Assembly (NCBI GenBank): GCA_963733055.1
Contig: CAVTBR010000003.1
Coordinates: 384,001-448,000, forward strand
From: Candidatus Bathyarchaeota archaeon
GTDB lineage: Archaea > Thermoproteota > Bathyarchaeia > 40CM-2-53-6
Length of the DNA: 64,000 nucleotides
Reading direction: 5' to 3'
The notes beneath the pieces were generated by a model. It was not told where the DNA came from and did no database searches. It saw nothing but the letters and a program-made list of their open reading frames with translations. Shown piece by piece: positions 57,267 to 64,000 of the stretch. The number at the start of each line of letters is the position of its first letter. Position 1 is the stretch's first letter. Made by a program: the position numbers and the translations under genes.

Positions 57267-60071
57267 ATGAGCAATCGCGCCTTAGCAATAGCCACAATCG
57301 CAACCCTGTTATTGATAGCAGGATTCATAGCTCCGGCTTACGCACATGCGAACCTAATCAGGTCAGATCCTCCTGCCAACAGCGTTCTTCCTTCATCGCC
57401 ACATCAAGTAACGCTCTACTTTACCGAGCAACTCGAACCTAAGCTCAGTGGAGCGGCGGTGTATGATTCAACGGGCAAAGAAGTCGACACCGGTTACTCC
57501 GTCAGCCCTACGGACGCCACGATCCTCATTGTGAACCTGCCAACACTACCCTCAGGAGTGTACACAGTCGCCTGGCACGCAATCTCAGCCGTGGACGGCC
57601 ATCATACGAGCGGATCATTCTCTTTCGGCATCGGAAACGTGACCATACCCGTGCAACGGAACAACAACGCCACGGCTTACACGTTTCCATCCGCCCTTGA
57701 AGTCAGCGAACGTTGGCTAAACCTCCTAAGCGACGTAATATTTGTCGGCGGAGGCTTCTTCGCGATCCTCGTTTGGATTCCTACAATTGCGACACCTCGA
57801 AGGGAAGATTTGGATGATTACGCTCGCAAGGTGTCATCGCGATTTTCTCGGCTTCTAACGCTCTCCGTCATCATTGGAGTGGCAGCAACTCTGTTATTGC
57901 TGATTGTCGAAGCAATAGCAGCCGCCGGATCATCTTCGGTATCTGACATTGTGGTGACGGCCTATACCATTTTGTCATCAACTCATCTCGGCGAATATTG
58001 GATTTTGCGATTCGCCGCTGTCGTCGCAGCCCTCGGGACCTCGATAATCATTACCAGGGCAAAGGGACGATCGAAGGGTGGCTGGAGCCTAGTCTTGCTG
58101 ATAGGGATCATACTGTCCCTTTCCACAAGTCTTACGAGCCATAACGCGGCAGCCACAAATTACAACCCCACGATCAACCTACTCTCAGATTGGATCCACG
58201 TAACGGCGGTGGGAGCCTGGGTTGGCGGCTTGGCTTACTTTGCTTTGGCCATCTATTCCATCAATAGTCTGAAAGAATCCAAGGGAAAACTCCTCGCTGG
58301 TTTGCTCAGACGTTTCTCATCGGTTGCCGTGACTTGCGTCGGAGTCATTGGGATAACTGGAATCTACAACCTAATTGTAGAGGTGGGAAGTTTAACCGCC
58401 CTGTACACTACACCATACGGCCAAATTCTTCTCATAAAACTGGCAATCTTCGCGCCAATGATCGCCTTAGGCGCCTTCAACCAATTCGTTATCTACAATA
58501 AAATTACGGCGACAACCGCTAAGACGCCGCGAATCAATCGGCGACAGGCCCGTTTGTTTGGGAAATTCAAACTGTCGATCCGTTCAGAGATTACTCTGGG
58601 CGTAATCTTGTTACTCGTGGTAGGCTTGCTGACAGCTAGCGCGCCTGTTGCGCAAACCTCCTCTACACCTCAGGCGTACCAACCCGCGCCGTTCATTCTT
58701 CGAGGTTACTCAGACCAAGGCGTCAATGTGACCGTGAAGATATTCCCCTTCCAAGTAGGTGACAACCATTTTGAAATCGATTTCACGAACCCACAAGGAA
58801 CCGCGGTCACAAATGTTCGATCAGTTTTCGTGAAATTCAAGTACTTGGACAGAAACATTGGGGTGTCGCAAGCCAATGCAACCGCCTCATCAAACGCGGG
58901 TGTTTACTCCCTTGAAGGAACTTACCTAAGTTTCTCAGGCGACTGGCAGGCGGAGGTTTGGGCGCAAAGATCGGGAGGATTTGATATCGTTGTTCCGTTC
59001 CAGTTTAACGTCCCACTTATCTCCCTAAGATTCTCCGAACTACCGTTGTCGACCGACGCCAACCCATATGGAGTCGTGGTCGACAAGAGTGGCGTGATTT
59101 GGTTCGCGGAAAGCGGGTCCGGGAACATAGCCCGCTATGAGCCTACAACAGGAGCGCTTAGCGAATTCTCTCTACCCCAAGCGGGCTCGCGGCCATTCTA
59201 CCTTACAATTGATGACAATGGTTCTGTTTGGGCTTCAGAAACTCAATACAACCAGATAGTAAAATTCGACCCAACAGCCAACACTTTCAAGCAATACTCT
59301 ATCCCAACTTCGGGCGCAGTTCCAGGGGGCATATCCGCTGACAGGAACGGAAACATATGGTTCACTGAAGAAATCGGTGATAAGATCGGACGACTGAACC
59401 CAGTAACGGGCAATATCACAGAATTCCAAATCCCAACCGCCGATGCCATACCTATCCAAACTACAGTGGATGCAAATGGCTCCGTCTGGTTCACGGAATC
59501 AAAGGGAGGAAAGATCGGGATGGTCAACCCGCAGAATGGTATAATAAGTGAATTTCAACCGGGAGGAAATGGAACGCTCTTGGGTCCGACGGGCATTACT
59601 ACTGCGCCGGATGGATCGATCTGGTTCACAGAGCACGCTGGAAACCGAATTACGCAGTTTGACCCAAAGAATCAATCGTTTCAGTCATATCCGATCCCCA
59701 CCAAACAAGCGTTCCCATTCGGGATTACATACCACGATAACACGATCTGGTTCGTAGAACACATCGCCAACGCCATAGGCAGCCTGGACCTGTCAACACA
59801 CACTTTCAGCAATTTCCCAGTCCCGAACAATAGCTCCGACGTTCAGCTCCTATCTGTTGACCAATCGGGAAATGTGTGGTTTACCCTCCCAGCGAGCAAC
59901 GTCCTCGGTGTCTTGACCTCCACATCATCCGCTCTCCAACTCGTATCGAACGCAAATAACTCTGGTTTCGTCCAACTTGCGGTAATCGCTGCCGTAATCG
60001 TTGGATCAGTAAGCATCGCCGCACTGGTACTGGGCCAGAGAAGAATGAAACTTAAAGCGCGCAACCGGTAA
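57267..60071 (+). CDS. CopC-CopD copper uptake/resistance protein fused to an Ig-like domain and a 7-bladed Vgb-like beta-propeller
   Basis: AYA/HANLIRSDP, SAVDGH; CopD SHNAA, DWIHV..WVGGL, RFS, YGQILLIK; seven P..I..D..G.IWF.E repeats; C-terminal TM. Confidence 0.9.
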   Translation: MSNRALAIATIATLLLIAGFIAPAYAHANLIRSDPPANSVLPSSPHQVTLYFTEQLEPKLSGAAVYDSTGKEVDTGYSVSPTDATILIVNLPTLPSGVYTVAWHAISAVDGHHTSGSFSFGIGNVTIPVQRNNNATAYTFPSALEVSERWLNLLSDVIFVGGGFFAILVWIPTIATPRREDLDDYARKVSSRFSRLLTLSVIIGVAATLLLLIVEAIAAAGSSSVSDIVVTAYTILSSTHLGEYWILRFAAVVAALGTSIIITRAKGRSKGGWSLVLLIGIILSLSTSLTSHNAAATNYNPTINLLSDWIHVTAVGAWVGGLAYFALAIYSINSLKESKGKLLAGLLRRFSSVAVTCVGVIGITGIYNLIVEVGSLTALYTTPYGQILLIKLAIFAPMIALGAFNQFVIYNKITATTAKTPRINRRQARLFGKFKLSIRSEITLGVILLLVVGLLTASAPVAQTSSTPQAYQPAPFILRGYSDQGVNVTVKIFPFQVGDNHFEIDFTNPQGTAVTNVRSVFVKFKYLDRNIGVSQANATASSNAGVYSLEGTYLSFSGDWQAEVWAQRSGGFDIVVPFQFNVPLISLRFSELPLSTDANPYGVVVDKSGVIWFAESGSGNIARYEPTTGALSEFSLPQAGSRPFYLTIDDNGSVWASETQYNQIVKFDPTANTFKQYSIPTSGAVPGGISADRNGNIWFTEEIGDKIGRLNPVTGNITEFQIPTADAIPIQTTVDANGSVWFTESKGGKIGMVNPQNGIISEFQPGGNGTLLGPTGITTAPDGSIWFTEHAGNRITQFDPKNQSFQSYPIPTKQAFPFGITYHDNTIWFVEHIANAIGSLDLSTHTFSNFPVPNNSSDVQLLSVDQSGNVWFTLPASNVLGVLTSTSSALQLVSNANNSGFVQLAVIAAVIVGSVSIAALVLGQRRMKLKARNR

Positions 60072-60131
60072 CTCCGGGTCAGAGACCTAGGGCACATAAT
60101 GCCATTGATGCGGCCTTTCTAGATTTCTACT

Positions 60132-60665
60132 CTAGTCACCGACCAAATCCCAAGATTGAAGGAACGAGTCGGTTAGCCTATCTAGGGAGCTTAGGTTGAA
60201 TTTGGATAGAATACGGTTTGCATTTCGAGGATCCTTAAGGCGCCACACAGTCGAATCCGGCAACCCGTCTGGGGAATTTACTACGCCTTCTGATTCGAGT
60301 ATCTTAAGATGCCAAAGGGTCGTGGACTTGCCGAGATTCAATTTTGTAGCGAGGTCGGACAGACTCAACGCCTCCTTCGCAAGCAACAGCTGGATAATTA
60401 GCCGGCGGTTCGGGTTTAGAAGAGTCGAAAGCATCTTCCGATCAGTTACGTTAATGTCAGGTGGATAGTAACGACGATATCTCCCGCACTTTTCCGAGTC
60501 GATCAGGCCCATGGATTCTAGTTTCTGAAGTTGGTATACAGTATCGCCTAATCCGAGTCCGGTTCTACGTTGCGCTTCCCTCAAGTGTATCCCAGGAAGC
60601 AGTTTTACCACATCAAGCAACCGTTGGGCTCGGTATCCAACATGCATTGTGGTCACGGGCTTCAA
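60132..60665 (-). CDS. Tandem winged-HTH transcriptional regulator
   Basis: PGIHLRE...G...YQL..LE...RYY; second ArsR-like HTH LSDLA..KSTTLWHLKILE. Confidence 0.88.
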   Translation of the reverse strand: MKPVTTMHVGYRAQRLLDVVKLLPGIHLREAQRRTGLGLGDTVYQLQKLESMGLIDSEKCGRYRRYYPPDINVTDRKMLSTLLNPNRRLIIQLLLAKEALSLSDLATKLNLGKSTTLWHLKILESEGVVNSPDGLPDSTVWRLKDPRNANRILSKFNLSSLDRLTDSFLQSWDLVGD

Positions 60666-60690
60666 TCTCCCGACTAGACGGTATTGGTTT

Positions 60691-61053
60691 CTATGTTTTC
60701 TTTAGAACACCTACTGCGAAAAACAGAATGGCCCCGAAACTGACCGCGTGCATGAGCTCGATACCAATTAGTGGCACAGGTGTGTTCACCACTGAGAATC
60801 CAAGCGATTCAAGTGCCTCCATCATCTGCTGTGCTCCAAGGAAGAGAAATGCAATAGTTAGGAGAAGAATCTTCGGTCTACGATCACGCAAATACGCATT
60901 ACACGAAACTACGGCGAGTAAAACTGCAAGCGAGATCCCCGCCGCGTGAATCGCCATATGAATATCGAGCTTTACGACCAACAGTCCCAATGCGGCTAGA
61001 AGCGCCGAGATCTTCCCAAAGCCGATTAGATGAACTTGCAAAGATTTCTCCAC
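60691..61053 (-). CDS. Small membrane protein upstream of the wHTH regulator
   Basis: 3-4 TMs; AYLRDRRPKILLLTIAF. Confidence 0.75.
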   Translation of the reverse strand: MEKSLQVHLIGFGKISALLAALGLLVVKLDIHMAIHAAGISLAVLLAVVSCNAYLRDRRPKILLLTIAFLFLGAQQMMEALESLGFSVVNTPVPLIGIELMHAVSFGAILFFAVGVLKKT

Positions 61054-61205
61054 GATAGAACGTACTGCCGCTCAATTTAACAGGCTTTGGAAACTTCACT
61101 CCTCTCGATGATTGTACCAATACAAATTAATTGACCGATTTATTGAACATCCAAACGAATTATCGCCCTAGACCTTTCGATTCGGTGTTAAATACCGGGC
61201 AATAG

Positions 61206-61844
61206 TTGCTTTGTGTTATTCTGGGATTGCACGTGAGCGTTTCAGGGCGGGTTAGATCGAGGAGGAAAGTCATACGGCGTACGAGGCCTAGGGCAAGTCG
61301 CTCGCGGAATAGGAGATTGGCGGTTCTCAGTGTGGCCCTTATCGCAGCGATATCCGTAGCTGTTGCCGGATTTCTCTTCTACGGCAATCTGGTTCCGAAT
61401 ACACCGACGGTCGTGGTAGTGGTAATTCCTAACGGGGCGAGCGCGAATCTTCATTTGGGGTTCGAACCGGCTAAGATCACGATAGTGATTGGAGTCAACA
61501 ATACTGTCGTTTGGAAGAACGAGGATTCGGACTGGCACACGGCTCACAGCAACATTCCGGAGTTCAATTCTGGGTTAATTCAAGCAGGGGATAGCTTCAC
61601 ACATACCTTTCAGCGAGCGGGAACCTATCCGTATCACTGCGACCCACACCCATGGATGACTGGAGTCGTTATTGTGAAGACAGTCTCAACTACCGCCATA
61701 GTTAGCTACTGGCCGTTCGAGCAGGGCAGGCTTCCCCAATTAGGCGTCGATAGTCAACTAATCGTCAACTCCGAGAACTTACCCGCGATCGCTTTACCCC
61801 ACGACGGCGCGATTTCTTTGACTCACGACTCCTTATCACTATGA
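61206..61844 (+). CDS. Membrane-anchored plastocyanin-like cupredoxin
   Basis: FEP..I, VVWKNED..HT, YHCDPHPWMTG (type-1 Cu ligands). Confidence 0.9.
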   Translation: MLCVILGLHVSVSGRVRSRRKVIRRTRPRASRSRNRRLAVLSVALIAAISVAVAGFLFYGNLVPNTPTVVVVVIPNGASANLHLGFEPAKITIVIGVNNTVVWKNEDSDWHTAHSNIPEFNSGLIQAGDSFTHTFQRAGTYPYHCDPHPWMTGVVIVKTVSTTAIVSYWPFEQGRLPQLGVDSQLIVNSENLPAIALPHDGAISLTHDSLSL

Positions 61845-62298
61845 ATAAACCCATGAGGATCGCGACAGCACCACCTGCAGTCAGATAATCATTGAATCGT
61901 GATTGAAGTGCTGTCGAAAGATATTCCACGCTAATAGATTCCGGGTTGCTGAGCTGCTTCGTGTACAACGCGAACTGGTCGTAACTTGGGTTCGGGGCTG
62001 GTTGAACTGCTTCAATCTGCACAGTGGCCGTGCAACCGGGACATATCGTAACTGGGTCCGAGATTCTTGGGTGCGTATCAATCAAGTCTTCAATTACAAC
62101 TACAACCGTTACATTCGATGATCCGTAATTACGAATGGCTACCGAATCAAAGTACACCCCATTCAGATCGACAGACCCACTTTGTGGCATTAGGATGTTA
62201 ACAGGGGGTACAGGTTTCGGCGTGACAGATAATGCCAGCAAGATAACGCCCGCCAGCACGAGCACTAAACCCAACACCAAATTCAAACGAACCCTCAC
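61765..62298 (-). CDS. Membrane protein with two terminal TMs and an external Ig-like domain
   Basis: N- and C-terminal hydrophobic helices; SD AGGTGAGG region at the start. Confidence 0.7.
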   Translation of the reverse strand: MRVRLNLVLGLVLVLAGVILLALSVTPKPVPPVNILMPQSGSVDLNGVYFDSVAIRNYGSSNVTVVVVIEDLIDTHPRISDPVTICPGCTATVQIEAVQPAPNPSYDQFALYTKQLSNPESISVEYLSTALQSRFNDYLTAGGAVAILMGLFIVIRSRESKKSRRRGVKRSRVSSRS

Positions 62299-62368
62299 CT
62301 AACAGTCCTCCAACTCACAATTCCCGGCCAAGACCAATACGGTTACGAGAGTACAATCCATGTTAACA

Positions 62369-62386
62369 AGGATTAAGCTTAATCCT
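62369..62386. promoter_or_regulatory. Perfect 18-bp intergenic palindrome
   Basis: AGGATTAAGCTTAATCCT. Confidence 0.45.
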
Positions 62387-62450
62387 GATTGTTATTCACG
62401 CGTAGCAAATTAATTCGATTCGGGACGTGCGGTCTGAATTTGCCCATTAG

Positions 62451-62921
62451 TCAGTCGGAAACAATCAGGCGACTCACCATGAAGGCATGAACGGTGCAGA
62501 AGATGTTGCAATATATCACGAACGTGCCTGGCACGGTTGCTGAGAAGACGATTCTGTAGGCATCGCCGGGTGCCATAACTACGCCCGTATCGAAGTATGT
62601 TTGTATCGCAAAACCGTGTGCCTGAGACGTGTCCTCATTGCACACCACGATTCGAACGACATCCCCTTCGTGTACATGGATAACAGGCCATGGATTCAAC
62701 GGAGCCCCATGACTGATACTGTCGTTGAATCCCGAGAGGTCCGCGATGATGAGAAAGAATCCCGGCGGTCGAACGCAAGTCGATGAGGTGACGCTTACAA
62801 CTGGCAGAGGATTACCGGAACCGTGTGGAGGCGGAATGGAAACAATCCCCGTGACAAAACTGATGAGTAAGATCGCGGCAACCGCCGCGGCCCCCGCGAC
62901 TAATCTCCAAGAGTGAGACAT
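62451..62921 (-). CDS. Cupredoxin with CuA-like ligand set
   Basis: HGFAI ... YCNIFCTVHAFM; N-terminal TM. Confidence 0.85.
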   Translation of the reverse strand: MSHSWRLVAGAAAVAAILLISFVTGIVSIPPPHGSGNPLPVVSVTSSTCVRPPGFFLIIADLSGFNDSISHGAPLNPWPVIHVHEGDVVRIVVCNEDTSQAHGFAIQTYFDTGVVMAPGDAYRIVFSATVPGTFVIYCNIFCTVHAFMVSRLIVSD

Positions 62922-63026
62922 TGACGACGCGCCCCTTAGGAATCACGTGTAGGATTCGCATCGGATTGGAACACGTCTCAGTCTCTTGAAGATAGGCTTG
63001 CCGATTGCTCTCGACCTCGCCTTGGA

Positions 63027-63857
63027 CTAATGTTTGAAGTACCGTCTGATCCATAAAGGAATGATAGTGGCGTCTGAGGCCACACACATGGCAACCATAG
63101 TTGCTCCTGCTTCCACTTGTTGAGGTGCTGGATAGGAGCCGTAGACCGCTATCGGTGCCACTAGCAAGTACGCTCCAAAGATCGCCATCGCCTTACACCC
63201 TAGAAGGTACGTCAACAAACGCATGCCAAGGGTCAGGCGCGTGAACCCGACGTAAATTAGCACGCCTGCAAAAAATACTGAGACATGCATGATCCAATGC
63301 AGTTGGAATTGAAGGAGAGCCTGGTCAAGAATCGATGGGACATGCCAAAATACAATTATCAACACTGCAGCAGCTAAACATGGCAAGCCTTTCCAGTTCA
63401 CGGCTCTATTCACTGACCCGAGAAGAGATGAAGCGTCAGCCAGGTTCCTCGACATCATTCTCCCTGCTGAAAGAAAGGTTCGCAGTGAGGCAGCCAGGGC
63501 GTAGCCGGCAATTAGAAGCAACACGTCGGAGACCATGAGCAGAACCTCCGGCGCAACATTCAACTCCGAAGAAAGAGCAAAGAAAACATAATCGATCGGT
63601 TCAATCGGCGTGAGCATTGCGATTATCAGAATCGAACTTAGGATGAGAAGGATCATCCCCCGAAACGCCGCCCTCCGAACAAACGCTCGGTCTAATTCGA
63701 ACCCAAACACCACAGACGCCTCTCTAGCCTCAGCAGGTATCCATTGAAAAACGTAGTTGAATAGCGAATCTGGAACACTGCAGAGTAAGAGGTGCAAAGT
63801 CTCAGGTCGAGATTTCGACCCGCGATCCAATACTACGCTCTCGCCGAGCTCGACCAA
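63027..63857 (-). CDS. DUF1404/CtaG-like membrane protein (Cu-centre assembly-like)
   Basis: FWHVP, LHWIMHVS..AG, KAMAIFG, YP..QQ..AG..M; may be frameshifted from the upstream ORF at about 63861. Confidence 0.7.
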   Translation of the reverse strand: MVELGESVVLDRGSKSRPETLHLLLCSVPDSLFNYVFQWIPAEAREASVVFGFELDRAFVRRAAFRGMILLILSSILIIAMLTPIEPIDYVFFALSSELNVAPEVLLMVSDVLLLIAGYALAASLRTFLSAGRMMSRNLADASSLLGSVNRAVNWKGLPCLAAAVLIIVFWHVPSILDQALLQFQLHWIMHVSVFFAGVLIYVGFTRLTLGMRLLTYLLGCKAMAIFGAYLLVAPIAVYGSYPAPQQVEAGATMVAMCVASDATIIPLWIRRYFKH

Positions 63858-64000
63858 TCTGAACAGTTAATGGAATGATAATGCTCAACGAAAAGAAAGC
63901 GGCCAAACCCACTATCAACCCCGGAAGGATGGAGCGATAGCTCAAGGAGGGCACCACTCCTTCGACGTGTATGATTATGAGAACGAGGACGATGAGCATT
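63802..64000 (-). CDS. Partial membrane ORF running off the window edge
   Basis: Hydrophobic segments; open at the right edge. Confidence 0.45.
   Translation of the reverse strand, partial: MLIVLVLIIIHVEGVVPSLSYRSILPGLIVGLAAFFSLSIIIPLTVQIGRARRERSIGSRVEIST

Overview
Archaeal chromosomal segment of about 50% GC. It is most consistent with Bathyarchaeia or a related TACK lineage, inferred from the Cren7-like protein, the GAT-QueC fusion, an archaeal parvulin and the RFC/GINS/MCM/Hel308/Cdc6 genes. From left to right: (1) about 3.6 kb of small ORFans, including an unannotated Tyr/Pro-rich peptide; (2) a signalling locus with three KaiC/RAD55-like ATPases, a membrane protein, a membrane-anchored GT4 glycosyltransferase and a DUF3227-like protein; (3) PolX-PHP and NnrD, followed by a 640-bp non-coding mosaic of two palindrome families arranged as two higher-order units; (4) PhzF, and an operon of ECF-type membrane protein, GAT-QueC and macrodomain; (5) an unannotated Cren7-like gene behind a long stem-loop leader; (6) transport and metabolism genes (EamA, MgtA, YoaK, PPK2); (7) the replication core (cdc6, rfcL, rfcS, gins23, mcm, hel308) plus moaC, moaB and purB; (8) secreted proteases and a permuted peptide-binding protein; (9) a copper locus (ZIP, CopC-CopD-beta-propeller fusion, two cupredoxins, CtaG/DUF1404-like). 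Several genes, including the essential mcm, carry single-base indels or in-frame stops, probably assembly errors. I saw no rRNA, tRNA, CRISPR array, transposase or integrase. Family calls come from motif recognition, not database searches.
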